Part shown: in pieces, positions 25,440 through 38,598 of the stretch | Position numbering within the stretch: the stretch's first letter is position 1 | Layout: each line of letters opens with the position of its first letter | Origin: Cetorhinus maximus | Lineage: Eukaryota | Direction: 5' to 3' | NCBI RefSeq assembly: GCF_964194155.1 | Contig: NC_135887.1 | Coordinates: 14,632,001 to 14,696,000, forward strand | DNA: 64,000 nt | The notes under the pieces: model-generated | Seen by the model: only the letters and a program-made list of their open reading frames with translations | Told to the model about the DNA's origin: nothing | The model's database searches: none | Position numbers and translations under genes: made by a program

Positions 25440-26163
25440 TTGGGTGGAATCTTGTTGTGACGTTGGTGGTCTCGCCTGCCGGCTGGAGAGCCAGCGAGAC
25501 CACCAGTTGTCTCTTTTCTGGAAGGCCAGCCGAACCACAAGCCAATCAGGCAGTGGCAAAGCCAGCGCCTTGGAATCAAGACCCCGAGGATGGAAGTCTC
25601 ACCTTCCGAGAGCTGCCGGTCCCTGATTGGCAGACACTCTGGTGCTCAGCAGCGCCACTGGGGAGATGTGGCTGCTGGCAGAAGGACAAACTCCAGCATC
25701 CCCGGATCACAGAGCAATCCAAGCCACAGGGAAATAATGTGTTGGAGGTGTGGTTTCGCAGGGGCAATGGTGCAGGGGGGTCAGCAGCAAGGGCAAGGGA
25801 GTGGCTCTGAGTGTGGGCCACCCCCCCCCACTTCCCGAAGTCCAGCCCCTCAATCAAGCATTGAGTGCCTTTGATCGAGGGACTCCTCCTTCCCTTTTCC
25901 TGGAGCTGACAAGCAGCCTGCACAGGTTTACCTGTTGTGCACACCTCATGGTGACAAGCCTGCCTCCTGCTGGGTTAATACCAGCAGCGGTGGGATGAGG
26001 CCCTTAAGTGGTCATTAATTAAAGGCACATTAAACGCATCAGTGCGGTGGGAAGATCGACCATGGGCTTAATTCGGGCAGGGTCCACTGCACCACCATCC
26101 CGTCTAAGTATATGCCCTTCCCACCTCCAAGCTTGCCACCAGAGAGAGCTCAAGATTCCGCCC
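25440..26163. mobile_element. Degenerate Harbinger-type MITE
   Basis: GC-rich block bounded by GGGTGGAATCTT (25442) and AAGATTCCGCCC (26152-26163), an imperfect inverted pair. Confidence 0.6.
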
Positions 26164-27029
26164 ATCAACTCTGTTTCTCTCTCCACAGGTGCATACACAC
26201 ATATCGCCTGCAGTCACCCAGTTGTGGAAATATCCAAAGGCAGTCAGAACAAACTTTCTTACTTGGACATTTACAAATTTTGGTTCGACCTTAGTCTCCT
26301 GGATTTGGACATGGTACGTACTCCCATAAGCAAAGGCTGCATTTCTGACATTTTAACGTTCGGGTGTAGTGCCCAGTATCTAATTGCAATAGTAGTGCAA
26401 CCCAACAAGAGGACTCCCTTATGGTCATAACTAGATATCATGTTCTTTGTGCATGGCTGCTGAGCACTTCTCCAATCTATCAGATAATGAATTGATTTAC
26501 TTAAGGCCAGACGCAGACAGAAAGTGCATATACTGAGTAACAACTACAACAATACTTCAGTCACTTCAACTAACTTCAATTCCCTCCTCATGAACAAGAA
26601 AATTAATAAATGAGCTCTCAGTCCTTGTCAGCAGTCTATCTACCCTTGGTTTTGGTCCATCTTAACATTGAATCAAAGTGGACACTGGACCCATGGTTCC
26701 CTTATTATGGTAACCTGTCTGCTAATCTCTTTCAGCAGATCTCAATTGACCTCCATTATGTTGGTCATTGACGAACATAATCAACCTGAAATATTAACTG
26801 TGTTTCTCTCTCCACACTTTGTATTTTTTGTTTTTATTTCAGACATCCAACATCCGCAATAATTTGCTTTCGTCCAATAGTTAATACTTTGTTCTCTTAT
26901 TCTCTGTCCCACAGAAGTTCATAGCTTGTCAAGGAGATGTGGCAAACGTTTCCATTTAAGCCTGCCCTTGCTTTGAAAATAGCCACATGCAAACCTCAAC
27001 AGAAATGGACATTCCAACTTCCTAAAGGA

Positions 27030-30000
27030 TAAGACCATAAGATGTAGGAGCAGAAGTGGGCCATTCGGCCCATCAAGTCTGCTCCGCCATTCAATGGCTG
27101 ATCTAATAATCCTCAATTCCACTTTCCTGCCTTTCCCCATAACCCTTGATTCCCTAACTGATTAAAAATATGTCTATCTCAGCCTTGAATATACTTAACA
27201 ACCCAACCTCTACAGCCCTCTGTGGTAAAGAATTTCACAGTTCACTGTCCTCTGAGAGAAGAAATCCCTCCTCATCTCTATCTTAAATGGGTGACTCCTT
27301 ATTCTGAGATTATGCCCTCTGGTCCTAGACTCTTCCACAAGGGGAAACAGCCTCTCAGCATCTATCTTGTCAAGCCCCCTAAGAATCTTTTATGTTTCAG
27401 TAAGGTTGTCTCATTCTTCTAAACTCCAATGAGTACAGGCCCAACCTACTCAACCTTTCCTCATAAGAAAATCCCTCAATACCTGGGATCAACCTAGTGA
27501 ACCTTCTCTGGACTGCTTCCAATGCCAGTATATCTTTCCTTAGATAAGGGGACCAAAACTGTTCACGGTATTCAAGGTGTGGTCTAACTAGTGCCTTGTA
27601 TAGTTTTAGCAAGACTTCCCTATTTTTATGCTGCATTCCCTTTGACATAAAGGCCAACATTCTATTTGCCTTCGCTAATACCTCCTGAACTTTATGTTAG
27701 CTTTTTGGGATTCATGCATGAGGACTCCCAAATCAATCTGTGCTGTAGCCTTCTGCAGTCTTTCTCCATGTGAATAATGTTCAGCTCCTCTGTTCTCCCT
27801 GCCAAAGTGCATAACCTCACATTTTTCACATTATATTGCATCTGCCAAGTTTTTGCCCAATCATTTAATCTGTTTATATCCCTCAGTAGACTCTTTGTGT
27901 TATCCTCACACCATTTGCCTTCCCACCTATTTTTGTGTCATCCACAAACTTGGCGATAGTACATTCACTTCCCTCATCTAAATAATATATATTGTAAATA
28001 AGTGTGGCCCCAGCACTATTCCCTGGGGCACTCCACTAGTTACAGGTTGCCGTCCTGAAAATGCCCTCCATTCTAGGAAGGGGATAAACCAATCATGGTT
28101 AACCAAGGATGTTAAGGATAGTATGAAATTGAAAGAAAAACTTACAATGTGGCAAAGATTAGTGGTATGCCAGAGGATTGGGAAAGTTTTAAAAACCAAT
28201 AAAAGATGATCAAATAAATAAAGAGGGAGAAAATAAGCTTTGAGGATAAACTAACAAGTAATATAAAAATGGACAGTAAGAGATTTTTTAATTATATAAA
28301 AAGGAAGAGAGAGGCCAAAGTTAACATGGACCCCTTGGAGAATGAGGCTGAGGAAATAATAATGGGGAACCAGGAAATGGCAGAGGAGCTGAATAAATAC
28401 TTTGCATCCGTCTTCACGGTAGAAGACATTAATAGCATTCCCAAAATACTATAGAATCAAGGGGAAAAAAGGAGGGAGGAAATAAATACAATAACTATCA
28501 TTAGAAAAATAGTACTATGGAAATCAATGGGGCTAAAGGCCGGTAAGTCCCCTGAACCTGATGGGTTGCATCTTAGGATATTAAAGGAAGTAGCTACACA
28601 AATAGTGGAAGCACTGGTAGTAATCTTCCAAGATTCCTTAGATTCTGTAAAAGTCCCAGAAAATTGAAAAACTGCCAATATGACACCCTTATTCAAAAAG
28701 GAAGGGAGACAAAAAACAGGTAACTTAGAGGCCAGTTAGCTTAAAATCCATCATTGGGAAAATGTTAGAGTCTATTATAAAGAATGTAATAGCAGAGCAT
28801 TTAGAAATGCATAATATAATCAAGCAGAGTCAGCATGGCTTCATGAAGGGAAAATCATGCCTGACAAATTTATTAAAATTCTTTGAGGAGGTAACAGGCA
28901 GGATAGATAAAGGGGAACCAGTAGATATAACATATTTGGAATTCCAAAAGGCGTTCAATAAGGTGCTGCACATAAGGCTACTTAATAAGATAAGAGCCCA
29001 TGGTGTTGGGGGTAGTATATTAGCATGGATAGAGGATTGACTAACTAATAGAAGACAGAGTTGGGATATTCAGATAATGCTATTAATGTCTTCACACTGG
29101 GTATCATTACCTAAATAGCTGCACTGCAAGGCTGCCATATCCTTTTGTTTTATAAACCTACGTATCCCCTCTCCAGAATCCTTCCCCCCACCCCCCGCTC
29201 TATTTATTTTAAAGCCCTCTCTGCAGCCCTAGTTATTCAGTTCGCCAGGACACTGGTCCCAGCACAGTTCAAGTGAAGCCCATCCCACCAGAACAGTTCC
29301 CTTCTACCCCAGAACTGGTGCCAGTGCCCCATTCTGAAACTGAAACCCATTCCTCCCACACCAATCTCTGAGCCTCTTAACTCCTTGACTTTATTTACCC
29401 TATGCCAGTTTGCCCGTGGCTCAGGTAGTAATCCTGAGATTATTACCTTAGAGGTTCTGCTTTTTAATTTAGCTCCTAACTATTCAAATTCTTTCAGCAG
29501 AACCTCCTTTCTAGTCCTATCAATGTTGTTGGTACCAATGTGGACGACGACAACTGGATCCCTCCCCTCCCACTCCAAGTTCTTTTCCAGCCCTGAGGAG
29601 ATGTTCTTAACCCTGGCATCGGGCAGGCAACACAGCCTTCGGGACTCACACTCACAGCTGCTGAGAACATTATCTATCCCCCAATTTATACTGTCCCCTA
29701 CCATTATTACGTTCCTATTTCCTCCCCCACAACTTGAACGGCTCCCTATACCACGGTGCCGTGGTCAGTTCGCTCATCTTCCCTGCAGTGCCCGCTCTCG
29801 TCCACACAGCTTGTAAGAACCTCGTAACTATTGGACAGATGCAGGGGCCAAGGCTCCTCGAAGGCTACCGCCTGGGTCTCCATACCTGCTTCACTTGCAG
29901 TCACACTCTCCTGTCCCTGACCACAGACCAAATTTGAATTACATAATCTTAGGGGTGTGACCACATCCTGGGGCAAAGTGTCCAGGTAACTTTCCCCCTC

Positions 30001-30150
30001 CCTGACATTGCACGTTGCTCAGACTCCAGCTCCTTAACTTGGATCCAAAGTTCCCTGAGCTGCAAACACTTACTACACACATATTTGCTCTGGATCACCT
30101 TGGTGTCCAGTAGCTCCCACATCACCTGTCCTGCCATTGCTATTGTATTA
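27030..30150 (-). mobile_element. Large CR1 remnant with an internally inverted segment (28070-29068 on plus)
   Basis: ORF1 (CSKCLQL; VGDSI…VVHIGTNNI) on minus 29070-30150; linker and RT N-terminus (QHGFMKGKSCLTNLL) on plus; RT C-terminus (SGVPQG; LVRPHLEY) on minus 27030-28050. Confidence 0.9.
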
Positions 30151-31891
30151 AATGGCCACACTGCTCCTCTCGCACTCTCGCTGATGAATGTTTTCTGGAA
30201 GTGTCTGAGATAGCAAATCCTCAGTTGCTCCCAATCATGATGGGTAAGTTTCAATGCCTCTTCTATGAGTCTTGTACCATCAGTTTCTGTTTTTTTTTAG
30301 CTATTGTTTGATGGACAGTACTATAAAGGGATATAAGCAAAAGACAACAGGGCAGGGGCAGGAGGTGTGGGGTGGGGGTGCGCAATGTGTCAATGTGAAT
30401 GAGAAGCATTGGCTAGGAATTCACTTTTTAAACGTAATCTGTGCCTTCAGCAAGAACAATGACTTGTACTTAAATAGTGCCTTTAATGTAGTAAAATGTT
30501 CCGAGGCACAGCAACACAGCAATTGGTGTTGGCTCAGCCTAAGGAAGAAGGATTTGGTTAGAAATCAAGGGTTGGAATTGAGCATTTTGAAAGGCCCAAC
30601 CTAGCTTCTGTATATTTACTTTCCTCATCAACATCTTATGCAATCATTGTGTTGAAAGGTTATAAGTAAAGATATATTGTTCAGCCAATCACCTGTTTGA
30701 CAGGGTGAATTTCAAAGTTAATTAGTCAAAAGAATTATTAGCGTAACAAAATAGAACAGTTCATGTCTTGAATAATTTAGTCATCTGCCAATGAAACATC
30801 AATATCATATCAAATGCCTTAAAGTAGTGCTTCCAATATCCCTTTCAAGACTGGTCTGTTTTTGCCATTGCATACTTCTTTCTAAGAAGCCTTTTATCAT
30901 AAGGTTAGTAAGACCACCTACAGAGAAACTGGTTTAACTAGTTGGTTTGCTTGTTTGTTTAACTCTTGCAGACAGCTTCCAAACTTCCAGTACCATATTG
31001 TGTGATGTTTAATTTCTAACCAATATTGCTTGCTTCTTCTACTTATAAGAAAATCAGGTTAGAGCAGTGTTTTGTGTGGCTAATATTAAGTCTTCCATTG
31101 TGACGATCGCATCTTACTATCTACCAAGTAATAACTCTTCTGTAAATGTGTAGGCTTACTTCTGAGGCATGCTATTCCAGTTTAACTCATACTCAAATTG
31201 TAAATTGGAGTCTATGGATACTTGAAACAATAATGTACACATAAATGCCAAAAACCTTGAAATTTAAAAACAGCTTGGCTCAATTTTTGTTGCAGTATTA
31301 TTTGCATAATTGTATCATCTGGTTTCAATGCAATTATACTAATGGTTGCATTGGCCATCATTTCTGTTCAGTTGAGATAATGTTAAATGTCTTTTTCGCT
31401 CCAAAGTTTCTAACAGCAGACCTTTTACAAAATGACTGACAAAATTATTTTAGCAGGGAATAGCACTCCTGTTGTTTTCTCCAATAAAATAACAAGCAGC
31501 TCTGCTGTGACCCAAGAGTGGTAAATGTGGTTTCGTCCATTAAGTCTCCACCTGGTGAAAACCTTGTTTTAGCTACATCATCAGAAAAGTGCTGAGGGCA
31601 TTCACTCATGGAGAGGGCGTGAGGGACAGGAAGCCAAGAACAAAGGAAATTGGAAGCAAGTCAGTTCCACCAGCTAATGTACACCTTCTAGTGGTCAAAT
31701 ACTGAATAGCATCGACCTTGAAACAAATCATACTAAATGTAGTTGCCTTCTTGGATTGGTTGAAATAAACAGCAATCATATATTAGCAACATAAATATTT
31801 GGGAAACAGTTACTAACTTTGTTCCACCTTCAAATGTTTGACAAATATCATTAGACACTACTAAAAGATGTTTCCTTTTTCTCAGATATGC

Positions 31892-32110
31892 TAAAGATTT
31901 TCCAAAGAACAGTACAGCACAGGAACAGGCCCTTCGGCCCTCCAAGCCTGTGCTGAACATATTGCCCGTCAACTAAAACATTTTGCACTTCCGGGGTCTG
32001 TAGCCCTCTATTCCCATCCTATTCATGTATTTGTCAAGCTGCCTCTTAAACGCCACTGTCGTACCTGCTTCCACCACCTCCTCTGGCAGCGAATTCCAGA
32101 CACTCACCAC
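31892..32110 (-). mobile_element. CR1 3' end
   Basis: Reverse-strand CR1 tail ACAGCACAGGAACAGGCCCTTCGGCCC. Confidence 0.75.
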
Positions 32111-32519
32111 TTCAGAATCAGTTTTACAAAGCTTTTCTTAATCAACCAGATTTGTTTTCCAAGAAGTAATACGATGTATAAATATTTGGCATTTTAGTAA
32201 CCGCATATTACATTAACTCAAAAATGTTGTAATATTTTATTCTCTCACCTTAAGCATTGATTGAGCAGCTTTTTTAAAAGGAAAAATTACTCATCCAACT
32301 CAAAAGGGCTTTCCGTTTCTCTGAAATCATCTCACCCTTTTTGAAACTAATGCAGTTAGAAGTAACTAAAGCCCTTCATAACAGATTGTAGAATATTCCA
32401 GTGGTCAGTGGAGGGAAAGGCCAAATTTTCAGATATTACAACCCTGGAGTAAAAACATTTCAAAAAAGGCTGTTGCAGCACAGACTAATAACACCTGGAA
32501 ATCTTGTATTTTGCTCCAC

Positions 32520-32965
32520 TGTTCCGATTTTTGTTTTTGGCCAGCCTCCCATCTTAAATAAACTCCCTACAAAGCTTGTGCTTATCCAAAATTCTGCTGC
32601 CCATGTCTTCGCTTGCTCCAAATCTCATTCACCAATCATCCTTGTTTTTGTTATGCTTCACCAGTTCAACAGCACATCAATTTTTAAAACCCTCATCCTG
32701 GTTTACAAACCCCTCCATGGCCTCACCTCCTCCAGCCCTACCAGCCTCTGAAATCTCTGCACTCTTCCATTCTGGTCTCTTGCACATCCTTGATTTTAAT
32801 CCGTTCATCATTGCCTCCCTAGTCTTTGTGGGTCTCCACCTTGATTGCTGCCATAGTCGCCTGTCCAGATATCTCCTCCTGTGGCTTTTTATTGATATTG
32901 GTTGTTAAGCGACTTGGGATATTTTACTACATTAAATGTGCGATATAAATGTACGTTGCTGTTGT
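32520..32965 (+). mobile_element. L2-like LINE 3' fragment
   Basis: KLVLIQNSAAHV…FKTLILVYKPLHG motif; ATATAAATG…GTTG tail. Confidence 0.75.
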
Positions 32966-33129
32966 CAATGATACAGAAAATCATTTCCACAATTCAAATC
33001 TACCTCCACTGAAGATCTTGAAAAGGTGAATGAAAATAAAATTATGAACCACAGGGGGGAACCTGTGGCAGGACCCCTGGACCTGTGTTCCTAATGAAAT
33101 GCAGTTGAGCAGTTCTCAACCAAGTTCTG

Positions 33130-33372
33130 CAAAAGCAAAATACGCAGATGCTGGAAATCTGAAAAACAGAAATGCTGGAAGTACTCGGCAAATTAGGTAG
33201 CAACTGAGGAGAGGGGAAATGGAGTTGATGTTTTCGGTTAGTGACCTTTGTCAGAACCGCTCTGGCAGTTCTGGAGCTCTGACAAAAGGCCACGGGCCTG
33301 AAACATTAACTTTGCTTCCTCCCTCCTCAATTGCTGCCTGACCTGCTGAGTATTTCCAGCATTTTGGTCTTG
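33130..33372. mobile_element. Older fold-back PLE derivative
   Basis: Diverged GATGCTGGAAATCTGAAA…GACCTGCTGAGTATTTCCAGC arms with ribozyme-like cores on both strands. Confidence 0.75.
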
Positions 33373-33774
33373 TTCTACATGTTTGCAGATTCCCAACACT
33401 GATGATAAAACAACTACTCTCCTGAAGGTCAGAAACCACATGAAGACATTTTTAAAATATTTACAATGGTGCACAATGTTCACCTGAAGTTGTGGCTAGT
33501 ACAGATTGTTGAAACAAAATTTGAGGGCCATCTGATGGTCCAAGACCTGACTGAAATGCTCAGTCCTAACATTGGATGCCGATATATAATATTAGCATCC
33601 CCTGCTGTGAATGAATATACATACACATTATTTCCACATTCCTAAAGATCAAAGATGACCTTGATGTTTTTATTTCATTGAATCCTCAATTAAGCTGATA
33701 ACAATGAATTGTGTGGACCCTTGAAATTTACAGGAAAGCTACAGATCACCATCACAATTGTGATTAAAAGACAG

Positions 33775-36700
33775 ACCATGTTTAACGAACACATTTTATT
33801 TTGAAGTTAGTAAATATTCCATAATTTTAGTACAGTATTTCAAAGGAGCAATGCTCTGTCCTCTGAACAGGTTACACTTCTAGAAAGTCATTCCTTACAA
33901 GTAGTGCTACTACAATTTATTTCAAATATGTGCGATACAGCAACTTTGTGGGGAAAAAAATCCATCACAGTGTCAAAAATTCTGAGCAGTTTTGTTTACA
34001 GATAGTGGTTTCGCAGGTGAGTATTCCAGTGTTAGGTAACCAACTGGGCTCTCTAAGCTTTTCAGCAATAAGAATTAAACCAACCATTTCACAGCTTAAT
34101 TGCAATATTTGACATTACAACATTATCCACAGTTACAAGCAGCACTTCAATCACTGCAGTATTTATGCGGCTTTTGTAGCTTTTTGCAAATCGGCTCATG
34201 AATAAAAACAAATTTGATTGTAAGTAGACATGTCTATACAGTTGTGATCAAATTGTGAAAAAATGGAATTCAATATTAGGATTGTTTAAACAAAATAGAT
34301 TTCCCTTTTCTTCAATTACTTCTATTTTATCCTTCATGTCAATCTTTGGTGTAGCCTCAATAATTACTGCAGAATTAGTTTAGCAACATGTACCTTCTTA
34401 AGCTGCAACTGTGAAATGCAGGGACATTTCACCTCCTGGAGCAGTGAGCTGCAGAGGTTAGAGATCAATTACATCACAAGGGAATCTGGACTTATTTATT
34501 GGATGGTGAGACACCTAACTTTCTATATTCTGATTAGCAGAAGACCAAAATGTAAACTTGTGAAACCAGTTTAGAAAAAAAAAGATATAATGCTAAACTG
34601 CTCATCGTTGAAGCGGAGTAAAATCACCTTAAAGGAAATGTTTACGCCATGTGATTGTACATCATTGAAACATCCCAACAGCACTCATTTATTTACATTT
34701 GAAGTGGCAAAAAAAAAAAAATTGGTGGTCAAACTGTTTAGAAGGTGCCATTTGTGTGTTTTTGAGATGATTCCTTTATCTCTTACACAAGCAATTTTCA
34801 TGAAAGAAGTGAAACACCTACAACTTTGGGCATTTTGCACCACTGTTTAACGCAGTGACTTACTAAGCTTATAGATTAACTAGCAAAGAGTCAACACAAT
34901 ATCCATCAGATATGATGGTTGGCAGTAAAGCCCATTCTCAGCTTTAAATATAAAAAGTATAGCTGTTCAAACAGTATTGAGATGACACAGTTGTCGTCAC
35001 TGGCCCAGAAATTCAATAGCTGTAAAATGTGTGCCTAATAGTTCAAAATAGCAGGGGCTATACGTGCATTCTCTCTGCCAAAATTGCACCATTACATTAA
35101 CATTAACATTACATAACATTAGTTATGGGTGGTCAGTATACATCCTGGACACACACGAAAACTGGTGTTAGGCCCATTGATTTTTGACTGACTGTAGTTA
35201 TTCAGGTGCTTAACAGGCAAACCAGTGATCCTTAAAAGGGACTACCACTCAATGGTCTTTTTTTTAATAAAAAGAACATGCCTTGTGGAGCAAGAGCGCT
35301 CCATCTACCCTGCATTAAAATCATGTGCATCTGTCAACCATTGCTCATGCCCACTCCCCCCTTCCTCAAGTTCTGTTATCTCGCAGAGAACCTCCGAGAC
35401 CATAACGAGCAACCACACCTCAACTATCTTAATAAGGGCAGCGGAGCAACTTGCAGTGGTCCTGCCGATGGCCTCACTGTGCATCTCCCTGATTCAACTG
35501 TGACCCAATTTCTAGGCCATTATGTCTAAGTCACATGAAGATGATTCCCCTTGCTGGTATGTTTTCTTCTGACACAAAAATGGCAGACATTGAAAGGAGA
35601 AAGTGCATCCTACAAACAGTCCCTAGTGAAGCAGAAAGCCACACTGTGAGGGAGTGAAGGAGTAGGAAAAGATGCCTTGCTCACCTGAAGAGAAAAGGAG
35701 CTTGACTCCAGACTTAGTGCGCAGAGGCTTGCTCCTTAATCTCTCATCAGCTCGAACTTTATTCAGTTCTGGTCAAATGCACTCTATAGTTGGCCAGCAG
35801 CTGCTGTCATTCAGGGCAGGGGAAAGGGAAGGATGAATTACACTAATTATTTCACTCCTGACCTGAAAACAGCCATGGTGCAAGTCAGAATGACACTTTC
35901 AGTCACAAAACCTCTCGGATTGAAACTCAAACTTGAGCTACTCTCATAATAAAAACAGAAAATGCTGGAAAAACTCAGATCTGGCAGTTTCTGTGGAGAG
36001 AGAAACTGAGTTAATGTTTTGAGTTCTTATGACTCTTCTTCAGAGCTGACTCAAACGTTAACTGTTTCTCTCTTCACAGATGGTGCCAGACCTGAGTTTT
36101 TCCAGAATTTTCTGTTTTTATTTCAGGTTTCCAGCATCCACCAGTATTTTGCTTTTATCTTTGAGCTACTCTCATGTTATTAATATACAACTTTTTAAGA
36201 AAACATGAATTATGTTCAATTTGTTTCACAAACACAACTTAAGGTCAGTTTCGGCCAACAAATCACTATCCTGATCTAAACAGTGCAAAATAGTGTCAAT
36301 TATACCATTCCAGGTTCAGACAAAGACGAGCAATGGCCAGGACACATACAAAAATAGAAATTTAACATTTTGGTCCAGTCAACATAATTTTAACCTGCAA
36401 ATCTGATTCCATTATTTTAAAGGAATAAGAAAATATGTATCATCATCCCATACTGCCAATGCTGCATATTAAAAAAAATTCCCTTGGGAGGTTCCATTAA
36501 AAACACACCATGTAAAATATATATTCCATCATGCACAATAAGAACCAAGTGCCACGTATTGTATGAAGGAGCTGGGAATCATGGTTCATTAAGACTTGTA
36601 ACAAAGATGGGATGTATTAAAGCACTGGGATTTTGGATAGATTATTAACAGGCCTCAGCCCCAAAGACTGTACAATACACCAGCTTACAATTACTATGTT

Positions 36701-37544
36701 AGGTATCTGGAATGCTAAGGTGCTGAGGTAATTGACTTGGAAGAATATTTTTGGGGGAGATGCGGTAATGAAATGAAAACTGCCCAATTTTTCCTTTCCT
36801 CCTGCACCCCCAAAACATTGAATACATGAATGAATGACTAAAAATACTCTGATGAACCGACAGGTGTAAACTAAGGCACCCTCAATGGTTCAGGAAGTAT
36901 GATATTGATCCATATAGAAACAGGCGCAAAACAAGTATGAAAATAGCGGACACTCAGGCTTAGATACTGACTTGTACTTCTGATATTTGAGGGTAGAATC
37001 CCTGTATTAACCCCCAAAGCCATAAAGTAACAGTGGCAAAAAGGGTAGAGAGAGACACTTGATCTCAAGCCTCCATGGTCTGAACTAGAAGCCACACAGC
37101 AATAATGTGGGAATGACTCACTGTGATTTCCCCCCCTCCCTCTGTGGGAAGTGCATGGCCACAGCACAATGTCAATTCAATGGCACTGGCATCAAACTTC
37201 ATCTCCACTGCCTTTTGGTAGCCACAGTTGCATCAAATTGGATTTCAGATTTCTGAAACCACGCTAAAGATCAGTAGAAAGATAATCTATGATGGAGTTA
37301 AGGCAAATTCATTCACAACTTTTAACAAGTATTTCAGCTCTACTTTTTATAAGGCTTTTTCAGGAAACTGAAAATCAACATTATAACAAATTAAAGAAAA
37401 TTAACCTCAAAAGCACACAGGTTTTTTTTTCTACAAGTCAGTTGTCTTCATATTCCACGATAATGCTTATGTTGATGACCATTAGTAGATAAAAAGTGTT
37501 TTAAAATGTAAATACTGTTCACATGTAACAATCTGGTTATGGTT
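33775..37544 (-). other. TNFAIP1: Probable long TNFAIP1 3' UTR ending near AATAAA at 33795-33800
   Basis: Mostly unique AT-rich sequence after the stop codon; minus-strand AATAAA followed by GT-rich sequence. The end point is inferred. Confidence 0.45.
35948..36160. mobile_element. Short fold-back PLE terminal-repeat derivative
   Basis: Inverted arms AAAACAGAAAATGCTGGAAAAACTCAG…CTGAGTTTTTCCAG; TSD TTGAGCTACTCTCAT at 35933-35947 and 36161-36175. Confidence 0.88.
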
Positions 37545-37781
37545 TTAGTCTCTGTAGGCAGCTTGGTGTCCAAGAGGTCTGTCATCATAAGAGCTGTATC
37601 TTTTCACATGTATTCTACGCACTCGATCTCGAACTTCCAATGCCTCTTCATCTTCACTGTGCGATCCCTGACCAGATGTTCGACTAGTAGCCTCCAACAA
37701 CAAGTTATCGGGTACACGTGGCGTTTCATAAAGCAAGACATTTAATGTCTCCTCATAAATTCGCGCTTCTGGAAATTCAAC
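37545..37781 (-). CDS. TNFAIP1: TNFAIP1 last coding exon
   Basis: [34 protein letters not shown]…[26 protein letters not shown]; 237 nt. Exons sum to 960 nt = 319 aa + stop. Confidence 0.97.
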   Translation of the reverse strand, partial: VEFPEARIYEETLNVLLYETPRVPDNLLLEATSRTSGQGSHSEDEEALEVRDRVRRIHVKRYSSYDDRPLGHQAAYRD

Positions 37782-38402
37782 CTATAAAATTAGAAGAAAA
37801 TTTAGACAATTGAAGTTGCAAGGTGCTGGATGGTGAATCTGGCACATTTTCACATGTATAAATTTCCTTTCGTGCTTATGAGTAACAAGGTGAGGCATCC
37901 CAAATTAATCTCATTCAGAACACTCCATCAGTGGAAAGGAGACTTCCATCTTAGTTGCTTGTCCTGGAGTTGGACCTAGGCACCAGAGGTGAAAGGACAG
38001 TGCCTGAATGCTTTGCGATACCTTGATCCTTTTAATTTATCTCCATCATATACCAACCCAAAGGTAACATAAGACAAGGGGAAAGACTAAAATTCTGCTC
38101 CCAAGCCTCAAAATACAATTAGTTAGGTCAGTCACTTGGGGATGTCCAAGAGTGTCCTCTTAAGGTAATTTGCTATTTATTTTTTCTCTCCTTCCCTGCA
38201 CACAGAAAAATGTCAACTCCATGGAAAGAAGTCCTTTGGTTTCCATTGTGTACAAGAGAAAGGACTTGCCAAATTCCAGTATAGCGTGTTGAAATATTAC
38301 TGAGCATAGCTTGAAAATAACATTGTATCAGGGCAAAAAAATCTATTTCTTTTAATCAAGCATTGCTAAAGGTATTCTATTACTGTATCAGTTTAGTTAT
38401 AC

Positions 38403-38598
38403 CTTAGTTTGTTTTTTTTCTGTTGCATACACGATTGAAGTACAGCAAACCTCAGCAAGCTTGCGGCCCTGCCCATAAAATGACCAGCAGCAGATCTCAT
38501 CTCCCAAGACGTCCTTCATAAAAAGCACTCTTCCGTTAAATCGCAGGGATAGCTTGTCGAACAGTTCGATGTTCTTCAACAAATTGTCATCAGAGTTG
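38403..38598 (-). CDS. TNFAIP1: TNFAIP1 coding exon 5
   Basis: [65 protein letters not shown]; 196 nt; CAG acceptor and GT donor. Confidence 0.97.

Larger units (their letters stand above)
22880..26740 (-). pseudogene. Possible decayed exon remnants of an unidentified gene
   Basis: Non-repeat segments with splice-like edges (acceptor near 24111, donor near 23598), broken protein-like frames, and a duplicated coding-like block (25230-25410 vs 26550-26740). Unconfirmed. Confidence 0.22.

Noticed and set aside
30700-31730. Exon-like minus-strand segments with acceptor-like sites (~30916 and ~31716)
   Set aside because: Frames are short and interrupted, with no recognisable homology; not supportable without a search.
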